27,908 nt of DNA from an uncultured Rhodospirillaceae bacterium (GCA_964408735.1 CAYPAX010000063.1:1-27908); one strand, 5' to 3'. Shown: positions 1-7,645, counted from the stretch's first letter. Notes: generated by a model not told the origin, from the sequence alone. Translations and numbers: made by a program.

Positions 1-252
1 CACGGGGATCACATCGCCCGGTTCATAGCGTCCGGCATCGAGCCAGAGCTGCCAGTCCGATTGGTTGTCCGCGACTTCGAATCTGTCATCCAGGCTCGCG
101 ACCCGATGCGTGCCAGAATCTAGCTCATCGACCGCTGTGGTGAGATCTTCATATTCCTCGACGACAGCCAGCGACTGACCCGCAGGCAGCCACAGCGCCA
201 AGCCCAATATTGCCAGGGCCAGCGGCCGCGCGCCTAGAGCAGGGCCACGCAT
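1..252 (-). CDS. Partial CDS (N-terminus only; continues past the window start): hypothetical secreted protein with a predicted signal peptide (MRGPALGARPLALAILGLALWLPAGQS...)
   Basis: Minus-strand ATG at 252 opens a reading frame that runs off the window edge. It has a hydrophobic signal-peptide-like N-terminus and G/C-rich third codon positions. It does not appear in the ORF track because it has no stop inside the window. Confidence 0.35.
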   Translation of the reverse strand, partial: MRGPALGARPLALAILGLALWLPAGQSLAVVEEYEDLTTAVDELDSGTHRVASLDDRFEVADNQSDWQLWLDAGRYEPGDVIPV

Positions 253-644
253 TTCCTCAGGCCATCGGCCTCGGCGCCGGCGTAGGCTTGCAGCTCTTCG
301 TCGGTGCTTTCGCCTGCCCCGCCAAGCGAAAATGCGACGCCGCCGCTGCTGCCCTTGAGCGGCTGGGTGGCGCCGATGCTCGCGCGGCCGAACTGGGCGC
401 GGGTGATATCGTGCTCGGGGACGGTGAGGCGGCACAGCACCACCACCTCGTCGCCTTCGCGGCGGCGCTCGGCGAACTCGACCTGCCAGCCGTCGCCGTA
501 GCGGTCGTTGAGAAAGCGCTCCGGCTCGGAAACCTCCGCTTCGCGGCTTGCCGCGCGCGCTACCGGCTGAGGCCCGCCGGCCAGGGCATCGAGTTCGCGG
601 CGCGCCTCATCAAGCATCGTATCGAAAGGCGAGTCGGCGGTCAT
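234..644 (-). CDS. Standalone small protein (~136 aa) carrying the recurrent ~90-aa domain that also forms the N-terminal extensions of both HyuB proteins; possible Rad52/Rad22-like fold
   Basis: Its ATG at 644-642 overlaps the upstream hydrolase stop at 643-641 (ATGA coupling). The motifs RYGDGWQVEF...VVVLCRLTV...G and ADGLRKCVALL are clearly paralogous to residues ~65-135 of the HyuB at 7642 (FGDAWTFEV...VTVLCKLIV...DDALIKCAALFG) and residues ~10-80 of the HyuB at 24862. Confidence 0.6.
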   Translation of the reverse strand: MTADSPFDTMLDEARRELDALAGGPQPVARAASREAEVSEPERFLNDRYGDGWQVEFAERRREGDEVVVLCRLTVPEHDITRAQFGRASIGATQPLKGSSGGVAFSLGGAGESTDEELQAYAGAEADGLRKCVALL

Positions 645-1345
645 GGGGCGCTCGCACTCTGATTCCACCACTGGCGGAAATCTGCCTGCACACGGTCTGC
701 GGTAGCCGTGGCGAGGCCGCGCAGCGCGGCCAGCACCTCGCCGCTTGGCACCACGTCGCCGTATTTGGCGTCGATGTCGAACAGGTTGGCCTGGTGTGGC
801 CCCTCGGCACGGTCGCCCACCGCGTCCTCCACCACCACGGTGAGATAGCCGTTTTGCAGCGAGTCGATGGCGGAAGCGCGGATGCAGCCGCTCGTGGTGC
901 AGCCAGCCATGACGATTGTGTCGACCGCCAGCGCCTGCAGTCGCGCCTGCAGGTCGGTGCCGAAAAAGGCACTGGCATATTTCTTCTCCAGCACCGGCTC
1001 ACCGAATTGCGGTGGTATGCGCGCGTCGACCTCGACCATGGCCGAACCCTTGACCAGGATCGACAGGGCAGGGACCTTCTTGATGAAAACGCCCGCGTCG
1101 CGGTAGTGGGGCTCGTAGGCGACCGTGGTGTAGAAGATCGGCAGCTGTTCGCGGCGAAACGCCTCCAAAAGCTGGGCCGTGACTGCAAGCTCCTTGGCGA
1201 AATCGCCACCCAGCCCTGTTGTCGGATCGGTGAAGCCATTGATGAAATCGACCACCAGCAGGGCAGGGCTCTTGCCGAAGCCCGAGCGGTCGGCGAAGCC
1301 CTTGCGCCGGTATTCGGCAAAGGTATCGGTCTGCGATTTATCCAT
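641..1345 (-). CDS. Isochorismatase-family cysteine hydrolase (N-carbamoylsarcosine-amidase / RutB-like)
   Basis: It has the LLVVDFINGF motif and the catalytic-Cys region MAGCTTSGCIRASAID typical of the isochorismatase/CSHase family. The preferred start is the second ATG (MDKSQ, minus coordinate 1345), with a GGAGG 5 nt upstream. The ORF-track start at 1357 would make that GGAGG part of the coding sequence. Confidence 0.85.
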   Translation of the reverse strand: MDKSQTDTFAEYRRKGFADRSGFGKSPALLVVDFINGFTDPTTGLGGDFAKELAVTAQLLEAFRREQLPIFYTTVAYEPHYRDAGVFIKKVPALSILVKGSAMVEVDARIPPQFGEPVLEKKYASAFFGTDLQARLQALAVDTIVMAGCTTSGCIRASAIDSLQNGYLTVVVEDAVGDRAEGPHQANLFDIDAKYGDVVPSGEVLAALRGLATATADRVQADFRQWWNQSASAP

Positions 1346-1477
1346 GCGCACCTCCATGCCTGGTACAGACGATACTCCTTGCGCATTGGCGCATCAATCT
1401 GCAGCCCCGCTTGATCGCGGCGGGTGGCGGCGCTATCAACGATGGTCGGGGAAACGCATTGGCTGCGGAGGCGGGTT

Positions 1478-2515
1478 ATGGGCGACGATAAGGGCGGCAT
1501 TTCCGGGCGCGCGACGCGCGCGGCAGGCATCGGGCCGAGCTACCGGCCGCAATCCCTGCTTGGCGCGCCAAGCGGTCTTTCGGCCTCGGTCTCGCGCCAC
1601 TCGCTGGCGACGGGCGCCGGCAAGAAGGAGATCCTCTGCGCCTTCGGCATCGATGTGGACGCGGTCGCCGGCTGGCTCGGTTCATACGGCGGCGAGGATT
1701 CGCCCTGCGACATCTCGCGCGGGCTGTTCTCGGGCGAAGTCGGCACGCCGCGCCTGGTGCGCCTGTTCGACAAGCTCGGCATCAAGACCACCTGGTTCAT
1801 CCCCGGCCACTCCATCGAGACCTTCCCGGAGCAATGCCGCCTGGTGGTCGATGCTGGCCACGAGATCGGCATGCACGGCTATTCCCACGAGAACCCCATT
1901 GCCATGACGCCCGAGCAGGAAGAGCGGGTGATGGACAAGTGCATCGAGCTTATCGAGAAGCTCTGCGGGCGCCGGCCTACCGGTTACGTGGCGCCGTGGT
2001 GGGAGTTCAGCCCGGTCAGCAACGAGCTGCTGCTGAAGAAGGGCATCAAGTACGACCACAGCCTGATGAACGATGATTTTCACCCCTTCTATGTGCGGGT
2101 CGGCGACAGCTGGACACCGATCGACTATTCCAAGCACCCGGACGAGTGGATGAAGCCGCTGGTGCGTGGCAGCGAGACCGAACTCGTGGACATTCCCGGC
2201 TCCTGGTATCTCGACGACCTGCCGCCGATGATGTTCATCAAGTCGGCCCCAAACAGCTTCGGTTTCGTCAATCCGCGCGACATCGAGGAGCTTTGGCGCG
2301 ACCAGTTCGACTGGGTCTACCGCGAATACGACTACGCCGTCTTCACCTTCACCATCCATCCCGACGTCTCCGGCCGGCCGCAGGTGCTGCTGATGCTCGA
2401 GCGCTTGTATGAGTACATCGCCAGCCACGCCGGGGTGCGCTTCACCACCTTCGACGATATTGCCGACGACTTCCTGGCGCGCTTCCCGAAGCCCCAGGCC
2501 AAGGCGGCGGAGTAG
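1478..2515 (+). CDS. Polysaccharide deacetylase / NodB-homology metal-dependent deacetylase (PuuE-allantoinase-like)
   Basis: Motifs [20 protein letters not shown] and [10 protein letters not shown] are typical of NodB/PuuE-type deacetylases. The start was chosen at the ATG at 1478, which has GGAGG 6 nt upstream. The ORF-track start at 1424 would add a low-complexity leader. Confidence 0.8.
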   Translation: MGDDKGGISGRATRAAGIGPSYRPQSLLGAPSGLSASVSRHSLATGAGKKEILCAFGIDVDAVAGWLGSYGGEDSPCDISRGLFSGEVGTPRLVRLFDKLGIKTTWFIPGHSIETFPEQCRLVVDAGHEIGMHGYSHENPIAMTPEQEERVMDKCIELIEKLCGRRPTGYVAPWWEFSPVSNELLLKKGIKYDHSLMNDDFHPFYVRVGDSWTPIDYSKHPDEWMKPLVRGSETELVDIPGSWYLDDLPPMMFIKSAPNSFGFVNPRDIEELWRDQFDWVYREYDYAVFTFTIHPDVSGRPQVLLMLERLYEYIASHAGVRFTTFDDIADDFLARFPKPQAKAAE

Positions 2516-2519
2516 GCGT

Positions 2520-2828
2520 GTGTGCAGCCTCTGCGGCGTGCTCGGCGGCCGCGGCCATTGGACCGACAGCAGCGCCGCGCCCGAAGCCTTCCAAGGCCGC
2601 GCGGTAACGCGGCGGGCCGAGCGCCAGGCGCGTGCGCGGCTGGTCAACAGGGTGTTGGCCCATTACGGGCTGGTGCTGTCGGACTGGTCGGGCAGCGGCT
2701 ACATGCTCAAGACACGCACCGGGCGCACGGCCATGGTCGAAAACCTCAGCGAGGTCTGGGCCGCCGCCGAGACCCTGCTGGGCCGGCCCTGCGATCCCCT
2801 CGACCCGGCCCTGCTGGCTTCCCTTTGA
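2520..2828 (+). CDS. Small hypothetical protein (~102 aa) with an N-terminal CxxC..H motif, translationally coupled to the downstream COG0523 GTPase
   Basis: A GTG at 2520 has GGAG 7 nt upstream. The frame shows very strong GC3 bias. Its stop TGA at 2826-2828 lies 1 nt before the ATG of the next gene (TGATATG). The N-terminus reads MCSLCGVLGGRGHWTD. Confidence 0.45.
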   Translation: MCSLCGVLGGRGHWTDSSAAPEAFQGRAVTRRAERQARARLVNRVLAHYGLVLSDWSGSGYMLKTRTGRTAMVENLSEVWAAAETLLGRPCDPLDPALLASL

Positions 2829-2829
2829 T

Positions 2830-3813
2830 ATGGGCGCCTACGGCGAGCTGATCCCTGTCGATGTCGTCACGGGTTTTCTCGGCAGTGGCAAGACCACCTT
2901 GTTGCAACGCCTGCTGCGCGCGCCGGGCCTGCGCGACGTCGCGGTGCTGGTCAACGAGTTCGGCGAGGTCGGCCTCGACCACCACCTCATCGAGAGCGCC
3001 GAGGAGAGCACGCTGCTGCTCGACAACGGCTGTCTCTGCTGCGCCATGCGCGGCGACCTCAAGGACTCCCTGCGGGAGCTGTTTTCGCGGCGCGAGCGGG
3101 GCGAGATCCCGGCCTTCGCCCGCGTCGTTATCGAGACCTCTGGCTTGGCCGACCCGGTGCCTATCGCCTACACGGTGCTGGTCGAGCCTGTGATCCAGCA
3201 TCACTTCCGCCTCGGCGCCGTCATCGCCGTGGTCGATGCGGTGAACGGGGCCGAGCAGCTGCGACGCTTCCCGGAATCGGTCAAGCAGGCAGCGACGGCC
3301 GACCGGATCGTGCTGAGCAAGCTTGATTTGGCGGAGGATGTCTCAAGCCTGCGCGCGGCGCTGCGCGGCATCAACGCCGCGGCACCGATCCTGGCGATCG
3401 ACGAAGCGGACGAAAGCCTGCTCTCTGTCGCCGACACCCGCCGAGAGCTGTCAGAGCTGGAAGAGACAAGCGCCGACCACAGCCATGGCATCAGCTCCTT
3501 CAGCCTGATCGTGGACCGCCCGCTCGACTGGACCGCCTTCGGCATCTGGCTGTCCATGCTGCTGGCCTGCCACGGCGAGCGTGTGCTGCGCGTCAAGGGC
3601 ATGCTCAATGTCGTGGGCGTGGCCGAGCCGGTGCTGATCAACGGCGTCCAACACATCGTCCATCCGCCGACCCATCTCGGTGGCTGGCCCGACGCCGACA
3701 GGCGTTCGCGCATCGTCTTCATTACCCACGAGCTGTCCGAGACGGAGCTCCGCTCTTCGCTTGATGCCTTCAATACGTTGGGAGAGCGAATACTGGCACC
3801 GGCGGGCGGCTAG
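2830..3813 (+). CDS. CobW/COG0523 (G3E family) P-loop GTPase, putative zinc/metal chaperone
   Basis: The Walker A motif GFLGSGKTTLLQRLL sits near the N-terminus, followed by the CxCC motif (GCLCCAM) and a CobW-type C-terminal domain. The true start is the ATG at 2830 (MGAYGELIPVDVVTGFLGSGKTT). The upstream part of ORF 2632..3813 is a different gene in another frame. Confidence 0.85.
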   Translation: MGAYGELIPVDVVTGFLGSGKTTLLQRLLRAPGLRDVAVLVNEFGEVGLDHHLIESAEESTLLLDNGCLCCAMRGDLKDSLRELFSRRERGEIPAFARVVIETSGLADPVPIAYTVLVEPVIQHHFRLGAVIAVVDAVNGAEQLRRFPESVKQAATADRIVLSKLDLAEDVSSLRAALRGINAAAPILAIDEADESLLSVADTRRELSELEETSADHSHGISSFSLIVDRPLDWTAFGIWLSMLLACHGERVLRVKGMLNVVGVAEPVLINGVQHIVHPPTHLGGWPDADRRSRIVFITHELSETELRSSLDAFNTLGERILAPAGG

Positions 3814-3864
3814 TCTATCGAATCAGGGGACAGGGTTGCTAAACCCACATTCAGATTGCCCGCG

Positions 3865-3891
3865 CCGGCGTTAAATTGCAACGCCGGTTTC
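3865..3891 (+). terminator. Candidate intrinsic terminator: hairpin CCGGCGTT-AAATTGC-AACGCCGG followed by TTTCG
   Basis: An 8-bp GC-rich perfect stem with a 7-nt loop, followed by a T-run, lies ~50 nt after the GTPase stop. Confidence 0.35.
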
Positions 3892-3913
3892 GTGGCGTCA
3901 GTAGCTGCTAAAA

Positions 3914-3970
3914 ATTTACACTTCTGTGTATTTTCTTGTTGGCAAATTACACATAAGTGTGTATTTATCG
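3914..3970 (+). promoter_or_regulatory. Putative hicAB promoter/operator region containing two palindromic sites
   Basis: TTGGCA (3939-3944), a 17-nt spacer, then TATTTA (3962-3967). Palindrome TACAC-TTCT-GTGTA lies at 3917-3930. Palindrome TACACA-TAAG-TGTGTA lies at 3948-3963, between the -35 and -10 elements. The region is AT-rich relative to its surroundings. Confidence 0.4.
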
Positions 3971-3996
3971 GTCAACAGAGAGCGAACGAGGGCGCC

Positions 3997-4179
3997 ATGC
4001 GTTCCAGAGAACTTTTCCGTAAGCTTCGCAGAGCCGGCTGCGACATAGAGCCCCGCAAAGGCGGCCACCACCTGGTCACGCGCGGCAAGCGCCGCATCAT
4101 CGTGCCCTATCACGGCACCAAGGAGATCGGAAAGGGCCTGCTGGAGAAGATCAAAAGGACCCTCGACGTGGATCTGTGA
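3997..4179 (+). CDS. hicA: HicA-family mRNA-interferase toxin (type II TA)
   Basis: A 60-aa protein reading MRSRELFRKLRRAGCDIEPRKGGHHLVTRGKRRIIVPYHGTKEIGKGLLEKI, matching the HicA/YcfA signature. GAGGG lies 5 nt upstream of the ATG at 3997. Confidence 0.85.
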   Translation: MRSRELFRKLRRAGCDIEPRKGGHHLVTRGKRRIIVPYHGTKEIGKGLLEKIKRTLDVDL

Positions 4180-4189
4180 CAATGCATAT

Positions 4190-4243
4190 GAACCGCAACC
4201 GAACCGAAACCGCAAACCGCAACCGAAACAGAAACCGCACCCA
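4190..4243. repeat. Degenerate tandem (A)AACCG(C) microsatellite-like repeat (~8 units) in the hicA-hicB spacer
   Basis: Seen directly in the sequence: gaaccgcaaccgaaccgaaaccgcaaaccgcaaccgaaacagaaaccgcaccc. Confidence 0.6.
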
Positions 4244-4254
4244 AAGGTCCCACC

Positions 4255-4698
4255 ATGCTCGAATATCCCGTGTCCATGGAGAGCGACACTAACGATACCG
4301 TCCTGCTTCAGTTCCTCGACTTCCCCGAGGCCGTCGCCATCGGCGACGATGAAGACGACGCCCTCGCCAACGCCATCGAAATCCTGGAGATCGCCATAGC
4401 CGAAAAAATCGCCCGCCGGGAGGCCATCCCGGCCCCGTCCAAGGCCCGCAACAACCCGACCGTCACTCTCCCAACCCAGGTGGCGGTCAAGGTGCTGCTC
4501 TACCAGACCATGCGCGACGAGAAGGTTCGCAAGGCAGAGCTGGCGAGGCGCCTGCACACCCGCCCCAACACGGTGGAACGCCTGCTCGACCTGAGACACG
4601 CCAGCCGCATGGACCAGCTCGACGCGGCTTTCGCCAGCCTCGGCAAGCGCCTGGTGGTTCAGCTCTCGGGCGCCTCCGCGCGCCGAACCACCGGCTGA
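4255..4698 (+). CDS. hicB: HicB-family antitoxin with a C-terminal DNA-binding (HTH/RHH-like) region
   Basis: It lies immediately downstream of hicA. The N-terminal HicB-like fold reads YPVSMESDTNDTVLLQFLDFPEAVAIGDDEDDALANAIEILEIAIAEKIARREAIPAPS. The C-terminal part (ELARRLHTRPNTVERLLD) looks like a DNA-binding module. Confidence 0.8.
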   Translation: MLEYPVSMESDTNDTVLLQFLDFPEAVAIGDDEDDALANAIEILEIAIAEKIARREAIPAPSKARNNPTVTLPTQVAVKVLLYQTMRDEKVRKAELARRLHTRPNTVERLLDLRHASRMDQLDAAFASLGKRLVVQLSGASARRTTG

Positions 4699-4880
4699 GA
4701 GGCAGGCCCGAGCGCCAGGCTCTCGGCCGCCACCTCGGCCTCGAACAGCAGGCGCCGGTGGCGCTTCGCATCGGGCGAGGCGGGATCGGCCGCGATCAGG
4801 CGCCGCAGCGTTGCCGCCCTGGCATTGGCGCGCTTGATCCATTCTGACAGCACATCGTGTTGCGTGATAAAGGTCGGCAT
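4659..4880 (-). CDS. Possible small hypothetical protein (73 aa), convergent with hicB and overlapping its 3' end
   Basis: The ORF has high GC3 and an ATG at 4880, but only a weak, distant RBS. No recognisable motifs. Confidence 0.25.
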   Translation of the reverse strand: MPTFITQHDVLSEWIKRANARAATLRRLIAADPASPDAKRHRRLLFEAEVAAESLALGPASQPVVRRAEAPES

Positions 4881-4912
4881 TGATGCGCTGCCCGCCTCCG
4901 GCCGCCAATCTC

Positions 4913-5428
4913 TTAACGCGCCGCACCCCGTCCCGGCGGGCGCTTGGGGCGCCAGCCCGTGCGGAAGGCGCGCACCACGTGGTGCAGCAGGTAGAAGGCC
5001 AGCGTCAAAATCACCAGCAGCACGATGGTGACCAGGCGCGAGCCGAAGGCCGGGTCGAAGATGGCGCCGTTGCCGATCAGGTGCTCGCTGAGCATGACGA
5101 TGGCCTGCAAGGTGGCGCCGGCACAGAAGATCACCGCTATCAGGATGGCGATCTGCAGGGTGTCGAAGACCAGTTCCTCGGGCTCCAGCTCAGCGACAGG
5201 GCGGAAGAACTTGGCGCGGAAAGTCTGCCAATGGGCGATCGTGTAGCCCACCACGCCGACCAGGGATGCAAACCAGAAAATCAGGTTGTCCGAGCGGATA
5301 TGGGTCAGGCCCTCGACCACGAAGGCTTCGAACGGTTGGTAATAGTAGAGGAAAATCAACAGGATCACGAGGGCCACGACAGTGACCCAAACGCGCGTAA
5401 TCAGGGGATTGGCGGAGCTTTCTTCCAT
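4913..5428 (-). CDS. Small integral membrane protein (~4 TM), unknown family; paralogous to the ORF at 19730..20194
   Basis: It has hydrophobic segments and shares the motif LIFLYYYQPFE with LIFLYFYQPFE in the paralog. It is divergent from hyuA. Confidence 0.7.
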   Translation of the reverse strand: MEESSANPLITRVWVTVVALVILLIFLYYYQPFEAFVVEGLTHIRSDNLIFWFASLVGVVGYTIAHWQTFRAKFFRPVAELEPEELVFDTLQIAILIAVIFCAGATLQAIVMLSEHLIGNGAIFDPAFGSRLVTIVLLVILTLAFYLLHHVVRAFRTGWRPKRPPGRGAAR

Positions 5429-5487
5429 GCTTCGACGCTACACCAAAGCCACGGAAGCGTCCACACGCCCGCCGCCGCCCGTAGGAG

Positions 5488-5516
5488 TTGACCCACCGGG
5501 CCGCGGGCGCGATCAT
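5488..5516 (+). promoter_or_regulatory. Candidate sigma70-like promoter for hyuA (TTGACC-N17-GATCAT)
   Basis: A hexamer pair with 17-nt spacing lies in the divergent intergenic region ~55 nt upstream of the hyuA ATG. Confidence 0.25.
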
Positions 5517-5572
5517 TGGCCATCGCCGCAAGGCGAGGGTGGGACACGGCGTTGCGAGTGGGGAAGAACAGC

Positions 5573-7645
5573 ATGGCCAGCAGGCTTGGCATTGATGTCG
5601 GGGGCACTTTCACTGACCTCTTGCTGTTCGACGACGACAGCGGCGAGATCCATCTCGCCAAGACCCCGTCGACGCCTGCCGACCAATCGGTGGGAATCCT
5701 CACCGGCATAGAAAAGATCGTGACGGAGACTGGTGTCGCGCCCTCCGCCATCCGCGGGCTTCTGCACGGCACCACCGTATCGACCAATATCGTGCTCGAG
5801 GAGAAGGGCGCACGCGTCGGGCTCATCGTCACCGAGAATTTCGAGCAGGTGCTGCATATGGCGCGTTCGCAGACGCCGGGGCCGCTGGCGGGCTGGATGA
5901 TCATGATCAAGCCCGACCCCCTGGCCGATCTCGAGCTCACCCGCGGCGTGCCCGAGCGTCTGGATTCCCGCGGCAACGTGCTGACCCCGCTCGACGAGGC
6001 CCGCACCCGCGACGCCATAGCCGAGCTCATCGACGGCGGCGCGGAATCCATCACCGTCTCCCTCCTGCATTCCTACGCCAACCCGGTGCATGAGCAGCGC
6101 GTGCGCGATCTCGTGCACGAGGTCGAGGCCGATCTGCCGGTCTCTCTGTCGTCGGAAATCCTGCCCGAGTTCCGCGAATACGAGCGCGCCCTGGTGGCCG
6201 TGATGAACGCCTATGTGCGCCCCAGCATGCGCCGTTACCTGAGCAGCTTCGTCGATAAGCTCAGCGGCATCCAGTTCTCGCCGCATGTCAACATCATCCG
6301 CTCCGATGGCGGCCTGATGAGTGTCGACAGGGCCTCGGAATCACCGGTCCACACCATGTTGTCGGGGCCTGCCGGCGGTGTCTCGGGGGCGGCGTTCGTG
6401 GCCGGGCTTGCCGGCTTTCCCGATGCCCTCGGCTTCGACATGGGCGGCACCTCGACCGATGTCTCGCTGATCCGCGACGGTAAGCCGACTATCTCGCGCC
6501 AGACTTCGCTCGGTTACTACCCCATCAAGATTCCCTCGGTGGAGGTGCACAGCGTCGGCGCCGGCGGCGGCTCCATCGCCCATGTGCCGATGACCGGCGC
6601 GTTGCGCGTCGGCCCCGAGAGCGCCGGCGCCGATCCCGGGCCCGCCTGCTACGGCAAGGGCGGCGATCAGCCCACCGTGACCGACGCCAACGTGGTGCTG
6701 GGGCGCCTGCCGCCCGCTCTCCTAGGTGGCGAGATGGCGCTCGATGTGAAAGCGGCGGAGGAGGCGGTGGACAAGATCGGCCGCGCCATCGGCCTCGACA
6801 CCCACCAGGCGGCACAGGGCATTCTCGACATCGTCAACGAGAACATGTTCGGTGCGCTCAGGCTGCTGACGGTGCAGAAGGGGCTCGACCCGCGCGACTT
6901 TGCGCTCGTCGCCTTCGGTGGTGCCGGGCCGCTGCACGCCAATGCCGTCGGCATGCTGGCCGGCTCGAGCCCGGTCATCGTGCCGCCTACACCTGGCGTG
7001 CTTTCGGCCCTCGGATTTCTCTATTCCGACGTCAAGAACGAGTTCGCCCAGACCTTCATCCGCAATATCGGCGGTATCGAGTCCGGCGAGGTCAGCGAGA
7101 TTCTCGCCCGCCTCGGCAACGAAGCCCGCAACTGGCTGCGCGAGGAAGGCATCGAGGAGCGCCGCCAGGGCCTCAGCTTCGAGGTCGACGTGCGCTATTT
7201 CCGCCAGGGTTACGAATTCTCCCTCGATGTCGATCCCGAGCGCCTCGGCAATGGCGGCATGGCCGATATTGCCGAGCGCTTCGGCGGCGCTCATGAGCGC
7301 CTCTACGGCTTCCGCCTCGAACAGCCGGTAGAGCTGGTCAATCTGCGGGCGGTCGGCACGGGGCAGGTGGTCAAGATCGAGTTTCCCGCCCACGAGCCCG
7401 TCGGCCCGGATGCCTCGGCCGCCGTGGTCGAGCAGCACCAGGTCTATTTCGACGGCAATTTCTACAGTGCCAACATATACGACCGCAGCCTTTTGCAGGC
7501 TGGCCATCGCGTCTCCGGCCCGGCGGTCGTGCTGCAGAAGGATTCGACCACAGTCATCCACCCCGGCCATGTCGGCGAGGTGGACAGCTATCTCAATATT
7601 CTCATTCGTCCCGAAGGGGCGGCCATGAAGGGTGCCGAAAGATGA
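5573..7645 (+). CDS. hyuA: Hydantoinase A / N-methylhydantoinase A / 5-oxoprolinase-family subunit A (ATP-hydrolysing)
   Basis: The N-terminus reads MASRLGIDVGGTFTDLLLFD, with full-length HyuA-type similarity (IRSDGGLMS, DMGGTSTDVS). The preferred start is the ATG at 5573, with GGGGAAG upstream. The stop overlaps the hyuB start (ATGA at 7642-7645). Confidence 0.9.
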   Translation: MASRLGIDVGGTFTDLLLFDDDSGEIHLAKTPSTPADQSVGILTGIEKIVTETGVAPSAIRGLLHGTTVSTNIVLEEKGARVGLIVTENFEQVLHMARSQTPGPLAGWMIMIKPDPLADLELTRGVPERLDSRGNVLTPLDEARTRDAIAELIDGGAESITVSLLHSYANPVHEQRVRDLVHEVEADLPVSLSSEILPEFREYERALVAVMNAYVRPSMRRYLSSFVDKLSGIQFSPHVNIIRSDGGLMSVDRASESPVHTMLSGPAGGVSGAAFVAGLAGFPDALGFDMGGTSTDVSLIRDGKPTISRQTSLGYYPIKIPSVEVHSVGAGGGSIAHVPMTGALRVGPESAGADPGPACYGKGGDQPTVTDANVVLGRLPPALLGGEMALDVKAAEEAVDKIGRAIGLDTHQAAQGILDIVNENMFGALRLLTVQKGLDPRDFALVAFGGAGPLHANAVGMLAGSSPVIVPPTPGVLSALGFLYSDVKNEFAQTFIRNIGGIESGEVSEILARLGNEARNWLREEGIEERRQGLSFEVDVRYFRQGYEFSLDVDPERLGNGGMADIAERFGGAHERLYGFRLEQPVELVNLRAVGTGQVVKIEFPAHEPVGPDASAAVVEQHQVYFDGNFYSANIYDRSLLQAGHRVSGPAVVLQKDSTTVIHPGHVGEVDSYLNILIRPEGAAMKGAER

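Noticed and set aside
210-662. Plus-strand ORF 210..662 (150 aa) upstream of the isochorismatase gene.
   Set aside because: It is antisense to the minus-strand ORF 234..644, which has two clear paralogs in the window. The plus-strand product is low-complexity A/G/L-rich with no motifs.
610-1530. Long antisense or alternative-frame ORFs overlapping well-supported genes. Examples: 610..1530-, 548..1414+, 1682..2647-, 8025..9446+, 8425..9324-, 10720..12276-, 14040..15524-, 14228..15727+, 15652..17019+, 17140..17994-, 19446..20180-, 24835..26142+, 25196..26380-.
   Set aside because: Genomes near 70% GC produce long stop-free frames on both strands. These ORFs are Arg/Pro/Ala-rich and low-complexity. 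They lack recognisable motifs and sit entirely within genes that have strong family signatures in another frame.
2632-2829. Upstream 66-aa extension of the COG0523 GTPase ORF (MRGWSTGCWPITGWCC...).
   Set aside because: Different frame content. CobW-family proteins begin a few residues before the Walker A motif, and the ATG at 2830 fits this, whereas the region upstream is better explained by the separate small ORF 2520..2828.
4190-4243. AACCG repeat tract as a possible CRISPR array.
   Set aside because: The units are 5-7 nt with no spacers, which is far too short for CRISPR repeats, and no cas genes are nearby.
4182-4290. Micro-ORF MHMNRNRTETANRNRNRNRTQRSHHARISRVHGERH created by the AACCG repeat.
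   Set aside because: It is a direct consequence of translating a simple repeat. It overlaps the hicB start out of frame and has no RBS. It is mentioned only as a curiosity.
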